Shown: positions 41,858 through 51,093 of the stretch, piece by piece
Layout: each line of letters opens with the position of its first letter
How positions within the stretch are numbered: position 1 is the first letter of the stretch
NCBI GenBank assembly: GCA_965249615.1
Contig: CBDFMI010000005.1
Location: forward strand, 199,462-263,461
Direction of reading: 5' to 3'
Length of the DNA: 64,000 bases
Source: a bacterium
Lineage (GTDB): Bacteria; UBA8248; JACPRG01; G963555815
The notes under the pieces: model-generated
Told to the model about the DNA's origin: nothing
What the model saw: only the letters and a program-made list of their open reading frames with translations
The model's database searches: none
Translations under genes and position numbers: made by a program

Positions 41858-42874
41858 ATGGCACTGTTTAGATCTCGGATGAGTTTTTTTCATGCGATTG
41901 CCTGCTTTGCTCTCGCCCCGCTTTTCCTTCTTCTTTGGCCCCCCTTCTCAGGGGCTCAAGAGCTTGTGGTCTATTCGGGGCGAAAGGAGATTGCCATTAA
42001 ACCGGTGATCGAGGCCTTCGAGAAGAAGACCGGTATCCGGGTGGCCTTGAAGATCGGAAAGACGGGCGGGTTCATTAATCAACTCATACAGGAGAGCCGC
42101 AACCCGCAAGCCGACGTCTTCATCTCGACGACGGCGGGGGCGATCATCTCGGTCTCGGATCGGGATCTCTTCCATCCCTATGTTTCCCCGATCGCAAGCT
42201 CCATTCCGGACGTCTACAAGGGCCCTGATGGCCTTTGGACGGGGATCTCCGGGCGAGCTCGAATCCTGATGTATAACACCCAGCTCATCAAGCCTGAAGA
42301 AGTGCCGAGGTCTGTCTTCGAGCTAACGGATCCAAAATACCGAGGTCTTCTGGCCATCGCCAGCACTCGCGAGCGGACCACCCTGGGCTGGCTCAGCGCC
42401 CTGCTGGACTTCTTGGGCGAGGCAGAGGCCAAGGCCTATATCCAGAAACTTCGGGCCAACGGTCTTCACATCCTTCCAGATAACACGGACGTCCGCCGGG
42501 GCGTTGGAAATGGGGAGTTCGCCCTTGGCCTGACGAATTCCCCGAATTTCCATCTCACCTTGAGGGAGGGGGACCCCGTTGGGGTGGTCTTTCCGGATCA
42601 GGGCACTGATCAGATGGGGATACTTATCAATCCCAACACGGTTTCCATCGTGAAAGGGGCAGAAAATCTCGACGAGGCCAAGCAGTTTGTGGATTTCATC
42701 CTTTCCCCGGAGGTGGCTGGGATCCTTGTTCAAAATGCCTTCGAGATCCCCCTTCACCCCGATGTGACCCCCGTGGGTGTCCAAGGTCTCGGGGATTTTA
42801 GTCCAGCCGCCGTGACCCAAAGCCGACTGGGGTCTCTCGCTGAGCGCACCCTAGAGATTTTCCCCGACTTCTGA
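41858..42874 (+). CDS. fbpA: Fe(3+) ABC transporter periplasmic substrate-binding protein (FbpA/AfuA family)
   Basis: Signal peptide plus class II SBP with FbpA-like motifs (ELVVYSGR ... FISTTAGAI ... ILMYNTQLIKPEEVPRS). Confidence 0.8.
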   Translation: MALFRSRMSFFHAIACFALAPLFLLLWPPFSGAQELVVYSGRKEIAIKPVIEAFEKKTGIRVALKIGKTGGFINQLIQESRNPQADVFISTTAGAIISVSDRDLFHPYVSPIASSIPDVYKGPDGLWTGISGRARILMYNTQLIKPEEVPRSVFELTDPKYRGLLAIASTRERTTLGWLSALLDFLGEAEAKAYIQKLRANGLHILPDNTDVRRGVGNGEFALGLTNSPNFHLTLREGDPVGVVFPDQGTDQMGILINPNTVSIVKGAENLDEAKQFVDFILSPEVAGILVQNAFEIPLHPDVTPVGVQGLGDFSPAAVTQSRLGSLAERTLEIFPDF

Positions 42875-42881
42875 GATATCG

Positions 42882-44492
42882 ATGACGCTGGAGACAATCG
42901 CCAGGAGGCCGTCACGAGTTCGGACCCGTCGTTCTCTCGGCGCCGTCAAGTGGTCTATCCCCGTTGCGGTCCTCCTCGTATTCTTTCTGAGCCCCCTCGC
43001 CAATCTCCTCGTGGAGGCCGTTGGCATTAAGTCTCCTGCCCTGGCCACCCTCTTTCGGTCAACCTTGCCCTGGCTTATCCTTCGGACGCTCCTGCTGGCC
43101 CTGGCGACCACCCTGGCGGCCGTCTCCTTGGGGCTTCCTCTGGCTTGGCTTGCCGTCAGGACTGATGTTCCGGGGCGAAGGCTTTGGAGGTGGCTCGGCG
43201 CTCTTCCCCTGGCCATCCCCCCCTATATTGGGGCCCTTGCCTTTCTCAACCTCCTGGGTCCGGGCGGGGTTGTCAATGTCCTCTATCGAGAGGCGACGGG
43301 TGCCCCGGGCCTCATCGTCAACCTCTACAGCTTTGGGGGAACGGTCTTCGTCCTTTCCCTCTTCACCTATCCCCTTGTCTTCCTCTTCACCGCTTCGGCC
43401 CTGGAGGGGAGCCACGCTACCTTCGAGGAGGTGGCCCGAAGCCTTGGTCACCGCTCAGGCAGGGTCTTCTGGCGGGTCACCTTCCCCCTGCTTCGTCCGT
43501 CCCTTTTGGCCGGGGGCTTGCTCGTCTTCCTCTATGTCTTGGCGGACTTTGGCGCAGTCTCCGTCCTGCGCCAGCAGACTTTCACGACAGAGATCTTTCA
43601 TTTCCTGAATACGCGCTTTGATCAGGCGGCGGCCGCGGCCCTCTCCATCATCCTGACGATCATCACTGTTTCTGTTCTCCTGGCTCAACGTCGGTTCCTC
43701 GGGCGGAGAAGCTATGTCCAGATTGAGGGCCGGGCACGCCCGGCTCGCCCCAATCGCCTCGGACCTTGGAGGCCGATCGCTGTCCTTTATCCAGTGACCC
43801 TGACGGCCGCCTCCCTGGGTCTCCCCATCTTTCTCCTCCTTTTACAGATTGAATCTTGGTCGGCTGCCGTGGCGACCGTGCTGGACCAGGCTGGTTTTCT
43901 CTGGGCGAGTGTCTGGACGGCCGCCGTCGCGGCCACGGCGGGAGTCGGCATTGGACTCTTTGCAGGCTATCTAGCCCTTCGCAGGGCCCGCCAGGGCGGG
44001 GCCTCCCTCTTCTGGGGCCTTCAGCTCTGTTATGCCATCCCCGGAACGGTCCTGGGGCTCAGCCTGATCCTCCTCTATAGCTCCTGGCTGCCTTGGGTCT
44101 ACGGGACAGCCGTCATGGTGGTGATTGGCTACACGATTCGTTTCATCCCTCAGGCTGTCCAGGGCATCACGGGGGCCCTTCGGCAAGCCCACCATCAACT
44201 GGAGGAGGCGGCCAGGGGGCTTGGGCTTGGGGCCCTGGAGACTGTCCGGCGGGTCGTCATCCCCCTCATTCGCTCCGGTCTTCTGGCCACCTGGGTCCTC
44301 GTCTTCATCTCTTCCATGAAGGAGTTGGCGGCCACCCTCCTGTTGCGCCCCGCCGGCTTTGATACGTTGCCCGTGCGCATTTGGATCCACACCATTGAGG
44401 CCGATTACTCCAAGGCGTCCACCCTAGCCCTGGTCCTTGTCGCGGTTTCCGCCCTTCCTCTCCTTTTGGTGGAGTGGAGGAGGATCACCTGA
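42882..44492 (+). CDS. fbpB: Fe(3+) ABC transporter permease (fused two-domain FbpB)
   Basis: 536 aa, about 12 TMs, two BPD-transport (EAA) modules. Confidence 0.85.
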   Translation: MTLETIARRPSRVRTRRSLGAVKWSIPVAVLLVFFLSPLANLLVEAVGIKSPALATLFRSTLPWLILRTLLLALATTLAAVSLGLPLAWLAVRTDVPGRRLWRWLGALPLAIPPYIGALAFLNLLGPGGVVNVLYREATGAPGLIVNLYSFGGTVFVLSLFTYPLVFLFTASALEGSHATFEEVARSLGHRSGRVFWRVTFPLLRPSLLAGGLLVFLYVLADFGAVSVLRQQTFTTEIFHFLNTRFDQAAAAALSIILTIITVSVLLAQRRFLGRRSYVQIEGRARPARPNRLGPWRPIAVLYPVTLTAASLGLPIFLLLLQIESWSAAVATVLDQAGFLWASVWTAAVAATAGVGIGLFAGYLALRRARQGGASLFWGLQLCYAIPGTVLGLSLILLYSSWLPWVYGTAVMVVIGYTIRFIPQAVQGITGALRQAHHQLEEAARGLGLGALETVRRVVIPLIRSGLLATWVLVFISSMKELAATLLLRPAGFDTLPVRIWIHTIEADYSKASTLALVLVAVSALPLLLVEWRRIT

Positions 44493-44533
44493 TGGGCATC
44501 GCCTCGCTGCTCGGCCTGAAGGACGTGTGACCC

Positions 44534-45661
44534 TTGTCAACGCCCATTATCAAAGTTGAAGACCTTCGGATGCGCTATGGGGCGCGCGAGCCCTGGGCCG
44601 TCTCCGACGTCTCTCTTTTTTTGGAGGAGGGAGAGATCCTGACCCTCCTTGGCCCAAGCGGGTGCGGCAAGACGACCATGCTCCGCCTCATCGCAGGCTT
44701 TGAGGTCCCCGAACGGGGCCGAGTCGTCATCGATGGGCATTTGGTGGCGGGGGAGGGGGCCTGGTATCCCCCCGAGCAGAGGGGCGTGGGAATGGTCTTT
44801 CAGAACTATGCCCTCTTCCCTCACCTGACAGTGGCAGAGAACGTGGGTTTTGGCCTGCACCCCTGGCCGCTTCCGCTTCGAAACGCCCGGATCGGGGAAG
44901 TCCTGTGCTTGGTGGACCTGCTGGCCCTTCGGGATCGCTATCCCCACGAGCTCTCCGGGGGGCAGCAGCAGCGCATCGCCCTCGCCCGGGCCCTGGCCCC
45001 GGGTCCCCTGGTCATCCTCCTCGACGAGCCCTTCAGCAATCTGGACGCCGACATGAGGGGTCAGGTCCGCCAGGAAGTCCGAGACATCCTGCGGCGCTCC
45101 AAGATGACGGCCCTTTTTGTGACCCACGAGCAGCAGGGGGCCTTTGAGATCTCAGACCGGATCGCCGTCATGAACAAGGGTCGAATCGAGCAGTTGGACA
45201 CGCCAGAGAACATCTTCCACAACCCCGGCACCCCCTTTGTGGCCCGGTTTCTCGGCCAGACTGACCTCGTGCCCGGCGTCATCCGCGGAGATTGCGTGGA
45301 GACAGAGCTTGGCAGCTTCCCCTATTTCACCGACGGCGGGGGCCTCCCCGATGGGATGCGTGTCGAGGCGGTCATCCGGCCGGCCGATGTAGACGTCATT
45401 CCCTCCCGGCAGGGAACGGCCGCGGTGAAGGGACGTCGCTTTCGAGGCTCAGACAACCTCTACACGTTGATCCTCGCCTCGGGAACCAAAGTCCATAGCG
45501 CCACGCCCTGGGATTTCGTCCTCCCCCTTGGAAGCCAGGTTTCGGTCTCGATGGAGCCCCTTCGGGTGGTCGTGTTTCCGGTGGGGGAGGAAAAAACATC
45601 TGAAAACCGGAGCAAAGAAACGCCGAGTTCGACTCTTTCAGGAAGGATGTCAAATGGATAA
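44534..45661 (+). CDS. fbpC: Fe(3+) ABC transporter ATP-binding protein
   Basis: Walker A GPSGCGKTT, signature LSGGQQQRIALARAL, Walker B ILLDEPFS, TOBE-like C-domain. Confidence 0.85.
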   Translation: MSTPIIKVEDLRMRYGAREPWAVSDVSLFLEEGEILTLLGPSGCGKTTMLRLIAGFEVPERGRVVIDGHLVAGEGAWYPPEQRGVGMVFQNYALFPHLTVAENVGFGLHPWPLPLRNARIGEVLCLVDLLALRDRYPHELSGGQQQRIALARALAPGPLVILLDEPFSNLDADMRGQVRQEVRDILRRSKMTALFVTHEQQGAFEISDRIAVMNKGRIEQLDTPENIFHNPGTPFVARFLGQTDLVPGVIRGDCVETELGSFPYFTDGGGLPDGMRVEAVIRPADVDVIPSRQGTAAVKGRRFRGSDNLYTLILASGTKVHSATPWDFVLPLGSQVSVSMEPLRVVVFPVGEEKTSENRSKETPSSTLSGRMSNG

Positions 45662-46157
45662 CAGGAGCATGTACTCACTAAGTTGGCTTGTCGCAGGATT
45701 CCTCTTCCTTTGGACCGGAATTGCCTCTGGGGACGAACAAGTCTTGGCCCAGGAGGTCCGCGAAGGACTTTCCATCGTCGTCATCTCGGAAACCGCTGAG
45801 GGGGTCCACCCTCCCGACCTGACGCTTCCGGCGAATCAGGCGACTCATCACATCGAGGTCTTCGCCACCTTCGCCGAAGGAAACCTTTACGGGGGACATC
45901 CCGCGAGTTTTTTCCCCTACCTCAGACTCCTAGTGACTACCCGTCGGGCGGGAAAGGAAGAGATTTTTCGGACCCCCCTCATCCCCCTGGCTCATCATCG
46001 CGGGCTTCACTATGGGGCCAATGTCAACCTTCCTGAGAAGGGACGCTACGAGATGACCCTTCGGGTGGAGCCGCCTGGTGAGCACGAGGTGGGGCGTCAC
46101 GACGATGTGGGGGACTGGTTTCCCCCCTTCGAGGTGACCTTCGATCTTGTCTATTAA
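45654..46157 (+). CDS. P19 family periplasmic iron/copper-binding protein (FTR1-associated P19 / FetP / FtrA-like)
   Basis: Overlaps the fbpC stop by 8 nt. Signal peptide. Matches P19 motifs: GLHYGANVNL (P19 GPHYGANI) and GRHDDVGDWFPPFEVTFDLVY (P19 GRHVDEETGVGKWFEPFKVDYKFKY). Confidence 0.75.
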   Translation: MDNRSMYSLSWLVAGFLFLWTGIASGDEQVLAQEVREGLSIVVISETAEGVHPPDLTLPANQATHHIEVFATFAEGNLYGGHPASFFPYLRLLVTTRRAGKEEIFRTPLIPLAHHRGLHYGANVNLPEKGRYEMTLRVEPPGEHEVGRHDDVGDWFPPFEVTFDLVY

Positions 46158-46204
46158 ACGCAGACTATTGGGACCTTTGTCGGAAGGGGGTGAGAAATGA
46201 GGTG

Positions 46205-46385
46205 CTAGCAAGGTAAGCTTGTGCGCTCTTAAAAAGAGAAGGCTACCGGCCACAGGATGGCTGTCCGAGCCGGTAGCCCCGCAACCAACCGCTGGCCTTG
46301 CTCCGCTGACGTCGGCGCAGTCTGATTGTAGGATTTTTGCTGCAAAAGTCAACTGCTGAGAGCAAGGCTTACCTTGAAAAGGAGG
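46205..46385 (+). promoter_or_regulatory. Structured 5' leader / candidate cis-regulatory RNA upstream of the porin-like gene
   Basis: Within a 233-nt intergenic region. A 10-bp hairpin GGCTACCGGC(46241-50)/GCCGGTAGCC(46269-78) is nested inside a long-range 10-13-bp pairing CAAGGTAAGC(46209-18)/GCTTACCTTG(46367-76). The second arm abuts the AAAGGAGG RBS (46377-84) of the ATG at 46391. Confidence 0.3.
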
Positions 46386-46390
46386 TAGGC

Positions 46391-47733
46391 ATGCAACGCC
46401 CAGCCGCCATTGGTTTTGTATGGTGCTTTCTCCTCTTGGGGACCGCTTTTGCGTGGGCCCAAGAGGAGGATGTGAAGGGGCGAATTGAGAACCTGGAAAG
46501 GGAGCTTGGGGAAGTCCGGGAACAACTTGAGAGGCAGGGGGAGGAGGTGGAGAGGAGAACGCGTGTCCTTGGGGAGGAGGTGGAGTCTTTCAGGGTGAGG
46601 CTCGCCGTTCCAGAGGTGAGAGAACTAAAGAGTGTTTACGGTCTCGGACCTGCGGCGTCGAAGGTCTATGGCGTTGAACAAGGGCTCTCCATAGGTGGTT
46701 ACGGGGAGTGGACCCTCCAGACGTTTCACGGGGATGTAACGGACGAGCGGAACAAGGCTGACATCTTGCGCACGGTCCTTTACACTGGTTTCAAGTTCAG
46801 CGACCAGTTCGTCCTGAACGCCGAGTTCGAATTCGAGCACGGCACCAGCTCGTCCACATCGAGTTCCTCCAATGGGTCGGTCTCGGTGGAGTTCGCCTAC
46901 CTGGACTGGCTGATAGCGCCCCCCATCAACTTTCGGGTGGGTGGTGTTCTCATCCCGGTGGGTTTTCTCAACGAGGTCCACGAACCCCCCTTCTTCCACG
47001 GGGTGATTCGCCCTTCAGTGGAGCGGCAGATCATACCGACCACTTGGCGGGAGATCGGAGCAGGGTTCTTTGGTGAGCCCTTGCCAGGGCTTGAGTATCG
47101 CACCTATGTGGTCAACGGGATGAACGCCAAGGGCTTCTCAAAGAGCAATATCCGGGGGGGCCGACAGAAACTGAACCGAGCCTTCGCGGAGGATTTTGCC
47201 CTGACCGGACGCTTGGACTATACTGGGGTACCGGGCCTTCTGGTGGGCGGTTCTTTCTTCTGGGGGGACTCAGGCCAGGATTAAAAGTTTGCGGGAAAGA
47301 AAGTAGACGCAGAGCTCCTGATGGGGGACCTCCACGCCCAGTACCGTTTTCGTGGTCTGGAGCTGAGGGCTCTCGGCGTGGCGACCCATATCGGTGATGC
47401 TGACCAACTTAGCAATGACCCGGACATCAAGGGTCCGATCAGCAGTTTCCTCTGGGGATGGTATGCGGAGGCTGCCTACAATGTGCTCCCCCTCTTCCTC
47501 CCGGAGACCGGTCAGTTTCTGGCCCCTTTTTCCGGTGGGAACAATTCAACACCCAGGCGGATGTGCCCAGCGGGTTCACCCCCGATCGCTCGAGGGATAG
47601 AGACCTTCTCACGCTCGGGCTCACCTATAAGCCGATCCCGAACCTCGTCTTCAAGGCCGACTATCGAAACTTCTTCCCGGACGCCGGGGTAGAGGCGGCC
47701 GAGTTCAACTTGGGTGTGGGGTTTGTGTTTTAA
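46391..47733 (+). pseudogene. Outer-membrane β-barrel porin-like protein with N-terminal coiled coil; interrupted by an in-frame TAA and a 1-nt frameshift
   Basis: Signal peptide (AFAWA), coiled coil (IENLERELGEVREQLERQGEEVERR), β-strand-rich body, C-terminal ...NLGVGFVF with terminal Phe. TAA at 47282-47284 is in frame with a homologous continuation. A T-run at 47527-47531 is one T short of giving ...APFFRWEQF... Confidence 0.6.
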
Positions 47734-47793
47734 ACGATGGATTTTCCTTATGGGTCTCGGGAGGGGCTTGCTCCCCTCCCGAGAAGGGGTTCA

Positions 47794-48345
47794 ATGCGGC
47801 AGTTTGAAATGTTGCTGGTCGGTGTTCTCCTCTTTCTCCTTGGCGTGGCTGGAGAAGTCCAAGGCCAGGTGTTTTTGTCTAAGGAGGAAGCCCTTGAGCT
47901 GGCCTTCCCAGAGGCCGATCAGGTAGAACGGAAGACCTTCTTTCTCACGGAAGATCAAAAGGAAAGGGCTGAAGGTCTTGCGAGGAGCGCACTCGATTTC
48001 AATCTCTTCACCTTCTTTGTTGGAAAAAAGGGAGAAAATGTCCTTGGTTATGCCGCCATTGACGTTCACGTTGTCCGCACCTTCCCCGAGGCCTTCCTGA
48101 TCATTCTCGGTCCGGATGGCCGGGTGACAAATACTGTCCTCCTGGCCTTCTATGAGCCGAGAGAATATCTTCCGAGCGAGAGGTGGTTGGAACAGTTTCC
48201 AGGAAGCGACTTGAACTCAGACCTCAGGGTCGGACGTAGAATCCACGGTATCGCGGGTTCGACGCTAACCGCTCGGGCTGTGACAGGGGCGGTGAGAAAG
48301 GTCCTGGCCCTTTACCGGGTGTTGATCCAGGAAGGAGATGGGTAA
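47794..48345 (+). CDS. Periplasmic FMN-binding domain protein (FMN_bind; flavinylation target)
   Basis: Signal/anchor peptide. FMN_bind domain with the flavinylation-type motif HGIAGSTLTARAVTGAVRKVL. Confidence 0.7.
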   Translation: MRQFEMLLVGVLLFLLGVAGEVQGQVFLSKEEALELAFPEADQVERKTFFLTEDQKERAEGLARSALDFNLFTFFVGKKGENVLGYAAIDVHVVRTFPEAFLIILGPDGRVTNTVLLAFYEPREYLPSERWLEQFPGSDLNSDLRVGRRIHGIAGSTLTARAVTGAVRKVLALYRVLIQEGDG

Positions 48346-48860
48346 TGCGATTTGTCGTGACAGGGGAGTGGAAACAAAACGACCTTTTGAGATTTATTCT
48401 TTACTTTTTTCTCCTTTATTCTTCTCTCCTCTGGGTGACGAACCTCCTCCTGAACCTCGGAAAGATGGGCCTCACATATGGCTCGGTGGTTGCCTATTAC
48501 CGGGGGGCGGAGGAACAATTCCTGCAGCCTCGAAGCTATCTCGGGCTCCTGGAGATCACCCATTTTCATGTGTTCGCGATGGGCATTCTCATCCTGACGC
48601 TGACCCATCTTGCACTCTTCGTTCCCGTTCACCCTAGGTTTAAGTTCTGGCTCATTGGGGTTTCTTTCCTTTCCGCCATCTCGGACGAGGGGGGAGGTTG
48701 GCTGACCCGATTCGTCCACCCGGCTTTCGCCTACTTCAAGATCGGTTCTTTTCTTCTGTTCCAAATCTCCCTGGGTACCCTCATCCTCATCGTGTTTTTT
48801 TCCCTCCTGTTTTCACAACGAAATGCCTATTCGGAGGGCCCCGGAAATTCGGCGCCATGA
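48345..48860 (+). CDS. His-rich 4-TM membrane protein of unknown function (possible heme b-binding electron-transfer subunit)
   Basis: ATG overlaps the upstream TAA (TAATG). Four predicted TM helices with conserved-looking His (THFHVF, THLALFVPVH, FVHPAF). Confidence 0.45.
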   Translation: MRFVVTGEWKQNDLLRFILYFFLLYSSLLWVTNLLLNLGKMGLTYGSVVAYYRGAEEQFLQPRSYLGLLEITHFHVFAMGILILTLTHLALFVPVHPRFKFWLIGVSFLSAISDEGGGWLTRFVHPAFAYFKIGSFLLFQISLGTLILIVFFSLLFSQRNAYSEGPGNSAP

Positions 48861-48880
48861 CCCCCGCCCATTGGCAGAGG

Positions 48881-49924
48881 ATGAATAGGCCTAAGGTGCG
48901 GTCCTTTTTCCGGTCTCCTTCGAAGCTTACAAGATTTATTCTGCCGTTATTCCTTCTTTTCAGTCCCCCCCCTGCCTCAAGCCAGGTCCTTTTGGAGGAG
49001 AGCCACTATGTGATGGGAACCTGGTTGAGAATCACCATGCCGGAATCAGACGCCCAGTCCGGCAGAAAAATCCTCCGCCAGGCCTTCGAGGAAGTGCAGC
49101 GCCTGGACGGCCTCCTCAGTCACTATCGGCTAGATACCCCCCTGAGCCGCCTAAATTGTCAGGCGGGACGCGGTCCCCAGGAGGCCCCCTTTGAGCTGAT
49201 GGAGGTGCTCCACATTTCAGCTCGATTAAGCCGTCTCACGGAGGGGGCCTTCGACATCACGATCGGGCCCCTGGTCTCTCTATTAGAGGAGGCAAGTCGG
49301 AGCGGTTTCTGGCCGCAAGATCTCGGCGACGTTCTCCCGAATATTGGGTGGGAACTACTGCGTTTTCCGGGCGGAAACCAGGTGGAACTTTCCCGACCGG
49401 GAATGCACCTTGACCTTGGAGGGATCGGGAAGGGGTACGCGGTCGATCGGATCCGCGAGATCCTGATTGAGGCGGGGACACGCTCGGCCTTCCTCAATTT
49501 TGGTGAGAGTAGCCTCTTGGCCTTGGGCAACCCCCCGGATTCCCCCTCTTGGAATATTCTGGTTCGAGGTCTCGAGCCCGACACCTTCCTTGGGGTCTTG
49601 TCCCTGCGGGACCAGGCTGTGTCTATTTCCTCCACCTTCGGTCGAACATTCCAGGTGGATGGGAAGACCTATGGACATATCTTTGACCCGAGGACAGGGG
49701 CCCCACTTTCTGAACCTGCCCTGGCAGTCGTCGTGGCAGTCAACGCCGCAGAGGCCGAGGCCCTGTCGACGGCGTTGCTGATCCTTGGCGCTGAGGAGGG
49801 ATTTTCCCTCTTGGATCAATTCCCGGGCAGCGCTGCTCTCTATGCTTCCGATGAGGCTGTTAGAATGACGCCCGCTTTTGAAAAGCTCTTCGATTTAACC
49901 ACCTTCGAGAAACAGGACGATTGA
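48881..49924 (+). CDS. apbE: FAD:protein FMN transferase (ApbE/Ftp family), secreted
   Basis: Signal peptide. ApbE motifs (YVMGTWLRITM, GAFDITIGPLVSL, DLGGIGKGYAVDRI, ISSTFGRTF ... GHIFDPRTG). Confidence 0.85.
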   Translation: MNRPKVRSFFRSPSKLTRFILPLFLLFSPPPASSQVLLEESHYVMGTWLRITMPESDAQSGRKILRQAFEEVQRLDGLLSHYRLDTPLSRLNCQAGRGPQEAPFELMEVLHISARLSRLTEGAFDITIGPLVSLLEEASRSGFWPQDLGDVLPNIGWELLRFPGGNQVELSRPGMHLDLGGIGKGYAVDRIREILIEAGTRSAFLNFGESSLLALGNPPDSPSWNILVRGLEPDTFLGVLSLRDQAVSISSTFGRTFQVDGKTYGHIFDPRTGAPLSEPALAVVVAVNAAEAEALSTALLILGAEEGFSLLDQFPGSAALYASDEAVRMTPAFEKLFDLTTFEKQDD

Positions 49925-50086
49925 CGCCTCCAACAGGAGTGGGCTGAGGGCTTCCTTTGGGACCTCTGAGTTCTCCTTCGCCATCAGAAGATGGGCCAGA
50001 TATTTTATTCGCCAGCTAGAATGAAAATGATATTTCTGTGAGGGTTTCTGTTTTTGCCGTCCTGGTTCCTCGGAGGAGCTTCAATC

Positions 50087-50608
50087 ATGACCCTAAGCTT
50101 ACGAGAATTCTAGACAGTCCTGCACGGGACAGTTTTCGGGGCCATCTATCTCATCGCCTTCGCCGGAGGCTTTGCGGGCCTTTGGAGCCTTCGAAAAGAG
50201 TTTGTCACGGCGGAAGGGCTTCGGGAACGGCTTCGCCGCCTCTACGCCGGGGTCTGGGGGATGGCGATCATATGCTGGGTCGCGGTGCTCAGCGGGACCT
50301 ACATCGTTTATCCCTGGTATCGGGCGGCCATCCCAGAGAGCCCCCGCTCGAGGCTCCTGGCCGATCCCGCGAAGGCGGCCTGGCACACCTTTGGGATGGA
50401 GTGGAAGGAGCACATCGGCTGGCCGTCGGCGATCCTGGCAACGGCGGTCGCCTTTGTCGTGACCTACTATGGCCCCGCGCTTTTGAAACGACAGCAGTTG
50501 CGGAAGGCTGTCCTCGTTCTTTTTGTTCTCGCCTTTTTCGCGGCGGCCGTTGCAGGGATTTTTAGGGCGTTTTTGAACAAAGTGGCCCCCATCCTTAGAG
50601 GAGAGTGA
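50087..50608 (+). CDS. Small 4-TM membrane protein with an in-frame TAG at codon 9
   Basis: GGAGGA RBS 10 nt upstream of ATG 50087. Reading frame MTLSLREF-TAG(50111-13)-TVLHGTVFGAIYLIAFAGGFAGLWSL... continues as hydrophobic helices to 50608. No alternative start codon occurs before 50261. Confidence 0.4.
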
Positions 50609-50610
50609 AG

Positions 50611-50945
50611 ATGAATCGTCCAAGCCAACAACTCGCCGATCCCCCGATGGGGCCGGCCCTGGCCGCATCCTCTCCTCCGCCTTCGGGGTGTTTGTCATGG
50701 GGCTTTTTACCACGCTGGCCTCAGGCCTTCCCGGGGTCAAAAGTTTCCTGAACTGGTGGTCGCCGGCAGGACCCCTCACCGGAAAGTCCGGCCTAGGGGT
50801 CATCGCCTGGCTTCTCTCCTGGCTGATCCTCCACGCCCTTTGGAGGAAGCGGGAAGGGGCCTTCGGAAAGATCTGGGTCTTCACGCTGGTCCTCCTCATA
50901 TTGGGTGGGCTCCTGATGTTTCCCCCGATTTTTGAGGCTTTTTAG
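50611..50945 (+). CDS. Small membrane protein, probable frameshift near 50640-50690
   Basis: AGGAGA RBS 7 nt before ATG 50611 (frame ≡1). A hydrophobic ORF continues in frame ≡0 from 50688 (VFVMGLFTTLASG ... 2-3 TMs). C5/G4 runs in the junction. Confidence 0.3.
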
Positions 50946-51093
50946 AGACACTAGATAGGCGGCCGAGAAGTCTTAGATAGGGACTGTAGGCCATGGGAGT
51001 TTGCAAGAGGCATAGATAGAGAAAATCTATTTATAAATTAAATCCGATAAACAAAATCCCTGAAAACGGGCAAACCAAAAGGAGTGTTGTGTC

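Noticed and set aside
47282-47284. Considered that the in-frame TAA in the porin-like gene results from paired compensating indels or stop-codon recoding
   Set aside because: Neighbouring homopolymer adjustments do not restore an open frame. TAA and TAG are used as ordinary stops by other genes in the window. A nonsense substitution, real or artefactual, is the simplest reading.
50099-50899. 266-aa minus-strand ORF across the 50-51 kb small-membrane-protein region
   Set aside because: Charged, low-complexity translation. The + strand has RBS-preceded hydrophobic ORFs that explain the region better.
50946-51093. Possible σ54 promoter (GGCC/TTGCA-like) upstream of the OprO/P porin
   Set aside because: Spacing between candidate GG and GC dinucleotides does not fit GG-N10-GC. 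Region treated only as an AT-rich promoter block.
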